The position numbers and the translations under genes are program-made. A stretch of 64,000 bases of DNA from Lepidodermella squamata (Eukaryota > Animalia > Gastrotricha), in the NCBI GenBank assembly GCA_047495785.1, contig JBLDXI010000048.1, positions 744,001 through 808,000 on the forward strand, given 5' to 3'. The notes beneath the pieces are model-generated. The model searched no databases. It saw only the letters and a list, made by a program, of their open reading frames with translations, and had not been told where the DNA came from. Positions 47,332-58,993 of this stretch are shown here, in pieces (position 1 is the stretch's first letter; each line of letters opens with the position of its first letter).

Positions 47332-48138
47332 TTAATTTTCATTCCCATCCAGAGCTTTGATTCTCTCCATTTCTTCATCGCTGAGTTCGAAATTCCAAAT
47401 ATCGAAGCAATCGGCAATTTTCGCGCGATTTACAGTTTTCGGGATGTCGAAAATGCCCATTTGAACCTTCCAACGCAGGATGACTTGAAACGGCTTCTTG
47501 CCATGTTTTTCCGCAATTTCAACAAGGGTCGGATTTTCGAACACTTTGATCCTTTGCCCGTAGTTGTAGCCTGTGAAACCGATTCCGGCTTGGTGGTGGT
47601 ATTCAATCAATTTTCGATGCTGCGAAAACACATGCATTGCAAACTGGTTCATGGCTGGTTTAATTTTCGCGATTCTCAGCAATTTTTCGAGGCTTTCGAT
47701 ATCGAAATTCGAGACTCCGACCGAGCGAATTAATCCAAGCCCAACCGCCTCCTCAAATTTAGCCCAAATAGCCGAGAAATCAAGCTCTGATGATGGGAGA
47801 TGAAGAAGGTAAAGGTCGATGTAGCTAATTTTAAGTTTTTCCATCTGTTTCTTGATTTGACCGATCACTTCCTCGGGTTTAACAGATCCAAGCGTGATTT
47901 TTGTGGTGATGAAGATTTCTTCTCGTCTGACAGCGCCTTCTTTGAAAATTTCTTCCAGAATTTCGCCGATAATGTGTTCATTTTCGTAGTCTTGAGCCGT
48001 GTCGATGAGACGATAGCCAGCTTTAATAGCGGTTTTGATTGCGGTTTTCAACTCGGCTGGATCTTTGGTTCCACAGGTCCCGAACCCCATGACAGGGCAA
48101 TCGTAGCCAGAGTTTAATTTCTTAATTATTTGAGCCAT
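47332..48138 (-). CDS. Shortened divergent aldo-keto reductase, 268 aa
   Basis: Tetrad D/Y/K/H kept; substrate loops and C-terminal tail deleted in frame. Confidence 0.85.
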   Translation of the reverse strand: MAQIIKKLNSGYDCPVMGFGTCGTKDPAELKTAIKTAIKAGYRLIDTAQDYENEHIIGEILEEIFKEGAVRREEIFITTKITLGSVKPEEVIGQIKKQMEKLKISYIDLYLLHLPSSELDFSAIWAKFEEAVGLGLIRSVGVSNFDIESLEKLLRIAKIKPAMNQFAMHVFSQHRKLIEYHHQAGIGFTGYNYGQRIKVFENPTLVEIAEKHGKKPFQVILRWKVQMGIFDIPKTVNRAKIADCFDIWNFELSDEEMERIKALDGNEN

Positions 48139-48841
48139 TTATTGGAAAAGGGTGACCTATTAAATAAGTAAGGAAGGCTTTTAGATTAATTTTATTGCTT
48201 GTAATAGTATTAGGCTTAATTACGAGCGTGTTTTATGAGTTTAAAAGCTGCTGGTTTATAGTAGTCATTACGCGCACTGCATGCAATGTTATCTACGCAC
48301 CAAACCCATTGACAGAAAAAAATACGAGAAAATAAATAATGAAGCGTAAATTGTAATGGTAGTGACGGGCAAAAAATAATAATGAAAAATATAATGAAAT
48401 TCTGCTGAAATAATTGCCATGAAATGGATTATGTCGATTGGGCCTAAAATGGCGGAATTAATTAACTATAAGAAAATAATGAAAAGAATTGCATGGATTC
48501 AGTATCAAAATTCCTCTTAAAACGGCGAAGCAGGAAAAATTCAATCAAATCAAAGCCGTGATGAACCTTTAATTAATTTAAAGAATTCTTCGGAAAAAGT
48601 TCCGTACAATTTTTTGAAATATTTGAAAAGCTGCAGCTGTAACTGTTGAAAGACTGATCAGCCTGTTATTTCAGCTTTTCAAAACCACCAAAAATTACCC
48701 TCTTTCATGTTTCGAAACTTTTGGAATGGTCGCACTAAACAGTTTAGAGTGGCGATCTTATATTCAGACAATTATTGACAGTGCTGCTTGAGATAAGATT
48801 CAGTTTAGTCATTATTCCACGAGTCATTATTTCGACATCGT

Positions 48842-49795
48842 TTAGCAACTTTCTTTGCTGATAAACGGAAAATCCTGATGCTCCCTGAGTGCCAGGTCGA
48901 TCACCCACCAAATTATCCGTTCATTCTCATCCAACGCCTTGATCTTCGCCATATCCTCGGCACTCAGTTCGAAGTTCCAGATGTCAAAATTCTCGGCAAC
49001 TCGAGCCGGCGTTACACTTTTCGGGATAGCGAAGATTCCGAGCTGGATCTGCCAGCGTAAAATGACTTGTCCAGGCTTTTTGCCGTACTTTGCCCCAATC
49101 TCCAACAAAGTCGGATTATCAAATACATTGAACTGTTTCTTACCCGGGTGGTTGAATCCAGGGTTCCCGAATGAAGAATAAGCCGTGAAATCAACGCCAT
49201 GTTTATGACAGGCTGCAATGAGCTTCGTTTGTTGAAAAAATGGGTGCATCTCACACTGGTTCATAGCCGGCTTGATCTTCGCAGCCTTAACCAATCGCTC
49301 GATTTGGGCGACGTTAAAGTTCGAGACTCCAATCGATCGAACGAGGCCGAGGCCGACAGCTTCCTCCAATTTAGCATAGGTCGCCTCAAAGGTTGCCTCC
49401 TTATCAATCGGAGGTTGTTGAGGCAACGGGTCGGACCATTTGTAAGGTACAGGGAAGTGCATCAAGTACAGATCGATGTAGGTTGTTCTCAGACTCTTCA
49501 GTTGCTTCTTGATTTGATCGATAACCACCCGAGGGTCGAAGTGGCTGAGCCACAGCTTCGTCGTGATGAAAAGATCGTCACGTTTTACAACTCCTTCTTT
49601 GTAGAGGTCGTCTAAAATTTCGCCGATCAGGTCTTCATTCCCGTAAAGTTGCGCGGTATCAATGTGGCGGTAACCGGATTTAATAGCGGCGTTTAGGCCG
49701 TTTCTCAGCTCGACTGGATCCTCTGATAGCCAAGTGCCGTAGCCAAGCTGCGGGCACTCAAAGCCCGAGTTCAACTTCTTAACCGCTGGATTCAT
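48842..49795 (-). CDS. Aldo-keto reductase, intronless CDS (start MNPAVKKLN)
   Basis: Full motifs; ends KESC*. Confidence 0.96.
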   Translation of the reverse strand: MNPAVKKLNSGFECPQLGYGTWLSEDPVELRNGLNAAIKSGYRHIDTAQLYGNEDLIGEILDDLYKEGVVKRDDLFITTKLWLSHFDPRVVIDQIKKQLKSLRTTYIDLYLMHFPVPYKWSDPLPQQPPIDKEATFEATYAKLEEAVGLGLVRSIGVSNFNVAQIERLVKAAKIKPAMNQCEMHPFFQQTKLIAACHKHGVDFTAYSSFGNPGFNHPGKKQFNVFDNPTLLEIGAKYGKKPGQVILRWQIQLGIFAIPKSVTPARVAENFDIWNFELSAEDMAKIKALDENERIIWWVIDLALREHQDFPFISKESC

Positions 49796-50230
49796 AGATA
49801 AACTTATCCCTAAAATCAAATGTGGTTGAATACAGTTTCGGACATTAGTTTTAAAGGGTGCGTAAGAGATGTACCCTACCTTTCTTAACCAAATATCGCT
49901 TCTAATTGTTGGGAAAGAATATACACACGCTCTATCTCACGCTGTGGAAAATAGCAGTAGGCTTTTTGCTACGAATAATAAGAAATCCAGGCACGACTTT
50001 CGTTAATTACTTCTCGAAAATAGCCGCCGGTATGTTATTGCCCAAGACATTATTAAACACCAATTTCATTATGACAGCGAGGTAATTGTCGGTGTGAGAT
50101 TAATATCGCTAGACAGGTGATGAGTGCACAGTGAATCACGTAGTGGTGTTCACGTTAAGGTAAGCTCATGCAGGCAGGCGAGTGATGGGGTCACCAAAAA
50201 CACCGACCGCGTAGCCCATATCGGCACCGG

Positions 50231-50343
50231 CTAATCGAACCTAGTCGAACCAGTTTTAGCTTGGTCAAACCTAGTCGAATCTAGCCGAAGCTGTTTTGGC
50301 CTGTTTGAACCTTTCGACACCACTTAGTCGAACCTAGTCGAAC
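50231..50343. repeat. CTAGTCGAAC repeat cluster, probably part of a non-autonomous DNA element
   Basis: About 6 copies of (C)CTAGTCGAA(C), with reverse-oriented partial copies at ~50425 and ~50520. Confidence 0.6.
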
Positions 50344-50952
50344 GTCTTGAGATAAGATCAAACATTTTCGGGCGTGGTTGAACTTGCCCGAAAATTTTTG
50401 AGGACTTCGCGCGATATGAGGAATTAGTTCGACCAGGTTGGTCTAATGCATGTTAAGGATTTTTGTATACAACTCCGATGCTTTTTAATCCTGGCCGAAT
50501 TATGTCGAATAAAGTGTTAGGCTTGGTTCGGCCCACGATTTGGACGGCATTTTCGTATTTGAATGGACTTGGCGAAAGTTTGTCAAACTCCCAAAAGATG
50601 CTAAGATGCTACGCCACATGGTCAGCTGATTCATCCAGCGTTCGGAGGTGGAAGTAAACAAAATTCGATTATTTATTTGTTTGTTTCGAGGCGGTTTCAG
50701 TTGACGGATTCAGATAGGTTATTTTGCTCAGCCCGATTTTAAAATTAATGGAAAATCTGCCTATTTTCCTTTCAATGGCCTCAATGCTTTCAATGCCACA
50801 TTAAAAGATGAGCATCTTTGATTTTTCAATAAATTAAAATAGTTGCTCTAAACACCGAGTTGCAATCTTTTATTCAGATAATTATTGACAGTGCTGCTTC
50901 ATATCACATAGTTACAGTTCATGTTCGAGAGTCATTATTATTTCAACAGAGT

Positions 50953-51906
50953 TTAGCAACTTTCTTTGCTGACAAACGGGTAATCCGGGTGATCCTTCAA
51001 AGTCGGGTCGTACACCCACCAGATCACACGTTCATTCTCATCCAACGCCTTGACCTTCGCCATATCCTCGGCAGTCAGTTCGAAGTTCCAAATGTCGAAA
51101 TTCTCGGCAACTCGAGCTGGCGTTACACTTTTCGGGATAGCGAAGATTCCGAGCTGGATCTGCCAGCGAAGAATGACCTGACCAGGCTTCTTGCCGTACT
51201 TGGCCCCAATCTCCAATAGAGTCGGATTTTCAAAGACATTGAACTGTTTCTTACCCGGATGATTGAATCCAGGGTTCCCAAATGAAGAGTAAGCCGTGAA
51301 ATCAACGCCATGTTTATGACAGGCCTCAATGAGTTTGGCCTGTTGGAAAAACGGGTGCATTTCACACTGGTTCATAGCCGGCTTGATCTTAGCCACCTTG
51401 ACCAGTCGCTCGATTTGGGCAACGTTGAAGTTCGAGACTCCAATGGATCGAACGAGGCCGAGACCGACAGCTTCTTCCAATTTAGCATAGGTCGCCTCGA
51501 ACGTAGCTTCCTTGTCAATCGGAGGCTGCTGAGGCAACGGGTCAGACCATTTGTAAGGAACAGGGAAGTGCATCAGGTACAGATCGATGTAGGTCGTCCT
51601 CAGGCTCTTGAGTTGCTTCTTGATTTGATCGATAATCACCCGAGGGTCGAAATGGCTGAGCCAAAGTTTAGTCGTGATGAACAAATCCTCACGTTTTACA
51701 ACACCCTCCTTGTAGAGGTCGTCTAAAATTTCGCCGATCAGGTCTTCGTTTCCGTAGGCTTGGGCGGTGTCAATGTGGCGGTAACCGGCTTTGACAGCGG
51801 CGGTTAGGCCGTTTCTCAGCTCGGATGGGTCCTTTGACAGCCAAGTGCCGTAGCCAAGCTGCGGGCAGGCAAAGCCCGAGTTAAGCTTCTTAGTCGCAGG
51901 AGCCAT
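50953..51906 (-). CDS. Aldo-keto reductase, intronless CDS, 317 aa
   Basis: Recent duplicate of 48842-49795; ends KESC*. Confidence 0.96.
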   Translation of the reverse strand: MAPATKKLNSGFACPQLGYGTWLSKDPSELRNGLTAAVKAGYRHIDTAQAYGNEDLIGEILDDLYKEGVVKREDLFITTKLWLSHFDPRVIIDQIKKQLKSLRTTYIDLYLMHFPVPYKWSDPLPQQPPIDKEATFEATYAKLEEAVGLGLVRSIGVSNFNVAQIERLVKVAKIKPAMNQCEMHPFFQQAKLIEACHKHGVDFTAYSSFGNPGFNHPGKKQFNVFENPTLLEIGAKYGKKPGQVILRWQIQLGIFAIPKSVTPARVAENFDIWNFELTAEDMAKVKALDENERVIWWVYDPTLKDHPDYPFVSKESC

Positions 51907-52266
51907 AGCGAAGTTAAATCTCTAAAAAATTACAACTGTTGTTGTTAAAAGGCCGAAGAAAATTGCTTTCAGAGGGTGTGAGAAATTCACCCTAATTTCT
52001 TGACTAAAAAATGCCCTATACGCCGCAAGGACAGAATCTTTCGAGACGGAAAAAAAATACACACACACACGATATTTTATTCATTAAAGGAGTGCGTAGT
52101 GGAAAATATTTCTGCTAAAAAAATCGAGGCACGAGCTGCGTTCATTACAGTCCTAACGTAAATATAGTGAATAACGACCAGCCTCAGCATGTTTTTCTAA
52201 TCGAAAATCAGTGCCGGATAATGTCACCTGATTTTGCTTCTGAAATTATTCGGATAAATAGCGAAA

Positions 52267-52441
52267 ATGCTCTTCAAGGTCGTTGTTGCCTTCATTTTCT
52301 TCGTTGTCATTGAACTCGATGCTTCGCCTACCGCTGATGATGAGATACGTAAGTACATAATTATTCAATTTATAGACGTGAACACCAAACTGTTCCGCAG
52401 TGGACTCTAATCATAGGTGGCGGATCGACGAAGGAAGGTGA
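52267..52441 (+). other. Internally deleted PAN-gene paralog; potential 40-aa secreted peptide ending in GR (exons 52267-52348, 52401-52441)
   Basis: MLFKVVVAFIFFVVIELDASPTADDEI|LDSNHRWRIDEGR*; intact GT-AG intron; AATAAA downstream. Out-of-frame GDCQQKLGAGGNAYD matches the PAN gene's ADCKSRVKAGTKGYE. Confidence 0.55.
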
Positions 52442-52891
52442 TTGCCAGCAGAAGTTAGGAGCCGGCGGTAATGCTTATGATTTATAATGGCCAAGAAGTA
52501 GAGAGAGAAGTAATTCGACTATGCATCAATTATGATTCAGATCGCGATGAGCTTTGCTGCGAAAATATATCAATAAAGAATAAAGCATGCAATCTTCGAC
52601 GAAGGATACTGTAGAGCGTGGTCTTATTTCGGAAAAACGAGTTTTTCGGGCTTTGGTGAACGAATTATTTGACGCGCTTTGCGCCAAAAGATGCGTCTTG
52701 AAAAACTGTTTAACCTGATGCATTTTAATCCTGGTAAAAATATACCTTCTCCCACAAATGTTTTCACTCTCGATGAATAATTTCGCCACACATAAAGGTA
52801 CTGCAGTGTCAGATTCCTCCCTTTCTTATTTATGACCCTCAGCCTGTATTTTTTTCCATACATTTTTCACCAAAGTTCATCATTACAGCAA

Positions 52892-52981
52892 CATCGTGTG
52901 ATCATTTGAGCGTTTCAGAAAGAAATTACATGCATTTTGATCGGAGAAAAAAAATTAGAACGCTCAAATGATCACACGATG
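52892..52981. repeat. Short inverted repeat (23-bp perfect arms)
   Basis: CATCGTGTGATCATTTGAGCGTT ... AACGCTCAAATGATCACACGATG. Confidence 0.8.
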
Positions 52982-53524
52982 AAGATAATAAGGTAGGGTC
53001 CTACTTTACCGGATCCAAAGTTGCTGTTGGCGGAACTAAATTTTGGAATTTTCTAGTTTCTAGTGGCCTGAAATTGCTTTTTGGATATTTCTTGCATGCC
53101 AATAACAAACTATACCCACCTAACAACGGGCGTTGAGTGCCAAATTGTTTCGATTGTAACTAACGATTACAAGCCATCGCCCAATAATCATGACACCTTG
53201 AACTATCTCGGCTACGTTTGCTAAGCATGTTTCGCATGACTTTCTTCATTCATCTCGGCATCTCGATGCGATGCCAATTATCGCCCCCACCGAGGACACT
53301 GGGTCAATTCAGACAAAAAGTAAAACTCACTTCGCTGGAAGCAATACATACATTAGAAAGATAGCCCCAGGGTTCGTGTGAACTGCATTATGACAGTGCC
53401 CTTTTGTCGATAGCTCCGCTCCTTAGCACCTGTTTCAACAACCGCTTAGCGAAATTGGCGCAGTACAGCAGCGGGATCAGTATGAGCATTTTTCATCTTG
53501 AAATTATTTGAATTAATAGCAAAC

Positions 53525-53731
53525 ATGTTCTACAAGGTCGTTGTTGCCTTCCTGCTTTTTGTCGCCATTGAACTCGCTGCTTCACTTACCGCTGAGCAGC
53601 GCGGTGAGCTAAGTAAGTACTGAATTACTCAATTTATAGACGTTAATATACCAAACTGTTTCACAGCCCGCAGTGCTTATAGGTGGCCGGGTGGGGTTGT
53701 CCCCACTTTGATCGATACAACAGGGCAATAG
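53525..53731 (+). other. Second internally deleted PAN-gene paralog; potential 50-aa secreted peptide (exons 53525-53612, 53667-53731)
   Basis: MFYKVVVAFLLFVAIELAASLTAEQRGEL|TRSAYRWPGGVVPTLIDTTGQ*. Upstream ~130 bp nearly matches 22035-22150. After the stop, SRADCQ*KVRAG aligns to the PAN tail. Confidence 0.55.
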
Positions 53732-54706
53732 CCGTCGAGCAGAGCCGACTGCCAGTAGAAGGTGCGAGCCGGGCGTAATGGCCGTGTCTACTTCAGCCAT
53801 TACTGAACAGGAGACGTGAGAGAAGAGAGAGACGACTTATGATCCCATATAATGAGCTGTGCTGGGTAAAAATATATCAATAAAGGATGCAAATTCAATC
53901 TTCGTAAGATGACAGATAGAATCTTTGAAATACTGTTGTTGCTGGTTGTTGATTAGGTTAGAATCATTTGGTTAGGTATAACAAAACAAACTTTGATCTC
54001 CGTCCTGAAGAATTAGTTTGAACTAATGTCTATTCTCGTGGAATTTAAAAAAAATGTATAACTCATTTCGATTTTATTCTTCGAACGTCACCGATCAGTC
54101 AGCAATCTAATTGGCAAAGTAATAAGTAATCAAAATCGGTGATCCAAGCAAACCGAAATAACGGTTTCCGCTTCAAATTCTTCGAAGATGAGAGCTTTGC
54201 GTGCGTGCGAGCAAAGACATACTTGCTATTTTGTCTTTTGCTGTTTTGCTTCTTTGTCGCTGCTTCTATTACGCTACATACTATACACCTCATTACTTTT
54301 AGCTGTTTGAACTTTTTCTTTCGGACAAATTACAGATAGACAAAAAATAGGTCATCTCTAAATTAGTCGTCTTTCATTGTGTAATGTGTAATCATTTGTT
54401 TTGTGTCTTGTGTCGTTAATAAGATGTTGTGATGTGCAACAGGGTGGTCAATGAGCATAGTGGCAGCTTGAGTACAATCGCGTAACGTGAGTTTAAATTT
54501 CACAGAAAAAATGCCTAACAAGCCTGGAGTACTAGGTAACCTTTGTTTAGATCGCCCCGAACCTAGTTTCGCCCAAAACCTAGTTTCGGCCAAAATCTAC
54601 CTTAGTAATTGGCTTACCGGTCGAATGATGGTTTAACCTCACACGGCAACGGACAGCGCCGTGTTGGGTTCGAATTTTTTACAGCCTATTTCTACCTTGG
54701 ACATGC

Positions 54707-54713
54707 TATATAA
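54707..54713 (+). promoter_or_regulatory. Candidate TATA box of the ankyrin gene
   Basis: TATATAA 85 nt upstream of ATG 54792. Confidence 0.4.
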
Positions 54714-54791
54714 TCGGCGTTTTACCGAGCGAGAACTTCATAATTTTCAAACCTCTCTCTGTGGTTGACTTGGTTTCAGGTTAAAGGTCCG

Positions 54792-57659
54792 ATGGGGGGA
54801 TCAATTCGACTTTTTTTTCTCGGAGTATGCCTCACGGGTGCGGTTATCAATGCCAAGCCGATCGACTACGACAGCGTAAGACCTTGCGATTTCACAACGG
54901 CAAATTATGAAATCTTTTGTTCAGGCCTTCAACCAAGCAATTGCATCTGGTCAAATTGCGACGGTTCGGCAAATGTTGAATTCAGGCCTAGTTACCGCCA
55001 ATTCTTCGACCAGCTTTAGAGGCTTTCGATGGGGCTACTCAGGTCCAGCTATCGTGACAGCTGTTCGAACAAATCAAAGCCTCGAAATGGTTGAATTCTT
55101 ACTTTCAAACGGCGCTGATGTTGAGGCGAGAAATAGTGGCAGTGATTCGTTCCCATACCTAACTCCATTCCTCTGGGCGGCAAGACTTAACAGGCTAGAT
55201 CTAGCTAGACTCCTCGTTGAAAAGTACAATGCTAAAACTGACGCTCTGGACAGCAAAAATCAGTCAGCTTTGATGGTTGCCCTCAACGGTCCAATCACCC
55301 CAGATTATCTTCGAATGGCTTACTATTTGCTACCCTTCGAATTGCCCGATCGCCGCAACTTCGAAGGGCAAACTGTCCTTCATGTGCTTTGCCGTGTCGC
55401 TATAGCTGATCCAGTACCTTTCGCTAAATTATTGGTTGAGCAGTTCAATGCGGATGTTAACGCGAAGGACCAAAATGGCAACACGCCTCTGCTAATCGCC
55501 GCTCAAACTGGCTACTCCATCCCCCTACTTCAGTACTTGCTCGACCAAGGCGCTGACCCGCAGGCGAGGAATGTGGAAGGCGATAACATGTTGCTCAAAG
55601 CTTGCCGGATCGAAAAGACCGCATTGAGCCATTTAGACTTCATAAAGTTTGCGATCGAAGTAGGGGGCAATGATGTGAATTCAATGTCGAAGTTCGCAGA
55701 TTGCGACTATCAACTTCAATGGCCTATCGGTGGCCAGCAGATTGACGACTCGAATCTCGTCGCAATTTTGCGTTACTTGGCTAGCAAAGGCTATAACTTC
55801 AACATGAAGGATACTTATTCGGGCTTGACCGCTTTAATGTCTGCAGCTGTGAGTAATCGAGAGAACATTCTGGTGGCTCTACTTGATTTGGGCGCTGATG
55901 TGAATGCAACGAATTCCAGAGGCGATACTGCTCTGGACTATGCGCAGAACAATAAATATGGAATTAATATAGGAAATTTAAGAAGACGAGGCGGTGCTTT
56001 AGGCCAGGAATTGGTCATCGGATCGTCAACTACGCGCGTGACTCTTGCACCAACAACTCCATCTGCATTTTCGAGAAATTCCCCGGCCATCTCTTCAACT
56101 AAAACTTGGCAATTAACGCCTAGCGATGAGGCGATCGATGCTGGTTTGCAGCCGATTGTTGGAACTATTTTCGGGGCAAGATCAACTGCCGCAGAAAGGT
56201 CCAGTACTACCAGCAGACCCGTGAAGAAACTTGTACGGAACGAAACACAAGATGCGCTCAACTCGGTAGGTTGCCGTTTCTTCAGTAACTTTTTCGGATT
56301 TTGAAATTTGCCTTTCAGAAATTTGTTGCCTATATAACAACCGGGAATGTTACTGCTGTCCGCGAAATGATTCAACTTAATCAAGCCCGTGGTGACGCTT
56401 TTTCAGTGGAACACCACGAAGACTATGTAAGCGGGGCAAGCATGACTTTGAATTGGGAAGATCCTATCCCAGCGGTGGCTGCTGCTTTGAGTGTCATAAA
56501 ACCTTCATTGGAAGTGCTTCAACTTCTACTTGAAAACGATGGCGATGCTAATGCGGTTCATCCAAAGTTCAAGAAATCCGCTCTAATGCTTGCTGCAGAA
56601 CAGGATCGCCTGGATCTAGTTAAATTGCTCGTTCAATACGGCGCAGATGTTGATCTGGAATCTAATGGAAGAACAGCGATACTAGACGCCGCGTCCAAGG
56701 ATCTTGAAATCGTTAGATACCTCATTTCGCAGGGAGCATCTAAAAACATTGATCGCATCATTTTCGAGGCTTGCCGAATCTCCTCGATGACTGCGCTCCC
56801 TATGGTGAAGTTCGCTATCGAGGAAGCTGGAAATTCTGTTACTGATAAGGATACGGAAGGCAGGACTCCTCTTGCAGTCGCGGCCATGTACTTGAAATCG
56901 CCAGATCGCGTTCAAGTCTACGAATATCTGCTGTCGAAAGGAGCCGACGTTAATACTAGGATAAATTCGCCCGGATACCTAAATTATACGCTGCTTCATC
57001 TAGCAGCACGCGCGAATAACTTTGAACTAGCAAGATTCTTGGTTAAAACTGCTGGCATCAGGCTTGAAGATCGCGAATCAACTGGCAATTATACTCCGTT
57101 GATGATTGCAGCTGTTACTAACAATGCCGAAAGTATCGTCAATCTTCTAGTAGATTCGGGCGTGGATTTATCGGCGGTTGATAAAGATGGCAATAACGCC
57201 TTTTTGTTGGCTTGTAAAAACGACGACATGGTCCTCACGCGAGCCAGACGTTTCGCAAACCTCACTGGGGTGGACGTGAATTCCCAGAACAAGAACAACG
57301 ACACTTGTCTAACCCTAATTCGAAACAGCTACGAGTTCAACGGTTTTGCCAAGCTTCTTGTCCAGAAGGGGTACGATATCAGTCGAAAACTGCGAAGGGG
57401 CGATAGCGTATTGCACGTCGTTGCAGCTCAGGGGATTGCGCAGAATATTCAAGAATTAATTCAAGCTGGATCTGATGTCAATGCGCTAAACGATGACGGT
57501 TATACACCGCTTGATATGGCAATGCTTTTCCAGAATTCGCGTACGGCAGATTCGTTGAAAAAACCTGGAACTTATACAGCTAAACCGGCGATGTTTATTT
57601 TGACATCCACCATGAAAGCCTACATGGCAAATGACGACAATAGTTCCAATGAATACTGA
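54792..57659 (+). CDS. Signal-peptide-bearing ankyrin-repeat protein, 921 aa, 3 exons (54792-54875, 54925-56265, 56319-57659)
   Basis: Exon 1 MGGSIRLFFLGVCLTGAVINAKPIDYDS joins in phase 0 to two ankyrin arrays (G.TPL..A, LL..GADVN) via 49- and 53-nt GT-AG introns; Ser/Thr-rich linker. Confidence 0.88.
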
Positions 57660-58413
57660 AGGAGGCTGAAGCATGCCATACAGGCCATTTTATTCTTAAC
57701 AATGAAAACAGCTGATAATATATATTATATATTACCAATGAAGTAAATGTCTATCTATCCAGCGTCTTATTCCGAAAAGTGCCGTGAAAACCTACATCGG
57801 TGAGAGGTAAAATTCGATAATCGCCTGGCAATTTTGCAGATTCGATCGAAAACAAAAACAGAATTAGGTTCGTAATAGGTATGTGTCCTTAAAGCGGGCT
57901 GATGTCTTTTTTTCACATTTCAAATTTAAAAATTGACAACAAAATGGAATCAAGGGCATACCGTAATCCGGTACAACTTTAAACATGCTTCGAGTAGAAT
58001 CATTTATTTTTTAGCTTGAGCTGCGAGGTTCAATTTTGAACGCCTATTTTTGAAGAATTTTCTGAATTTTTAACACACAACAGAAACCTAAAATTATACT
58101 ACTCCAACGCAAATTTATTCAGGGGCAACATTTTCAACAGAGAACTTCAACAAATTAGATAGGTCGACGATGAGATGGAATTTCGCCGGATTTGAACATT
58201 TGAAATGTTGAGGTTGGAAACGATAATTTTAGGCCAATTTCGGAATTATAACTTGATCATTTGATTTTCCTTTCAGTCACTTGGTTGCGATCTGTTATTT
58301 TTCACTGCAATTGCTGCGATGACAAACATGCTTGAAATCTCGCAACGAAGCTTACTTCTGCTGATCCCACAATAGGCTTGTTTAACTTTTTCGTTAGCCT
58401 TTGTTTCTCCGCT

Positions 58414-58803
58414 CAGCTGGATCCTGAGAGCCAAGTTCCGTAGCCATGCATAGGCGTTGATCTTCTCATTCGCATTTTCTTATAGGAGCCATAACTAGCC
58501 AATACCATCTCTAAAATCGCATTTTGTTGATAAATAAGGCCTAAAACAGGCGTGTGAGAAATTCGCCCGACTTTATTGACCAAAAATTGATCCCATGCCG
58601 CTAACATAGAAGATGTGTTCAAGAGGAAAAACATTTCACACATGCGCTATTTCATTGAGATAAATGAAGTGCGTCATGGAAAATAGCAGCAGGGTTTCCA
58701 CTACATACTAATATGTATTTGAAATCAAGGCACGAGCCGCGTTCATTATACACAGCTAACGTAAATAGTGTGTCCAATAAATTATTACCCTGGTTTTCTA
58801 ATC
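58414..58803 (-). pseudogene. AKR 5' remnant with its duplicated upstream region
   Basis: ..GYGTWLS fragment. GTGTGAGAAATTC, GGAAAATA, AGGCACGAGC.GCGTTCATTA..CTAACGTAAAT and GTTTTCTAATC are shared with ~51830-52203. Confidence 0.8.
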
Positions 58804-58993
58804 ACCATTATTTAGTCATCGTGGCGAGAGAAACGACAGTTAGAATATTACAACAGTATTTTACGGTGGTTCGCCCTGTGAAAACCGTTTTTCGACCAGA
58901 AATTCAGCTTATAGATTCAGCCGATGTAGCGTGAAGATGGCAGGAACTAAACATCGGATTCTTATATTTGTTTAGGTCTATTAGTCAGTAAAA

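Noticed and set aside
2428-51726. Many 60-170 aa antisense ORFs over AKR genes
   Set aside because: They are shadows of the conserved sense codons; their recurrence simply tracks paralogy.
53680-53715. RWPGGVVP looks like an astacin mature N-terminus
   Set aside because: Flanking sequence aligns to the PAN gene family, and no other astacin motif follows.
54907-57659. Two separate overlapping ankyrin genes (operon-like, as in the ORF track)
   Set aside because: A 53-nt GT-AG intron joins them in frame; the second ORF starts at a TTG inside that intron.
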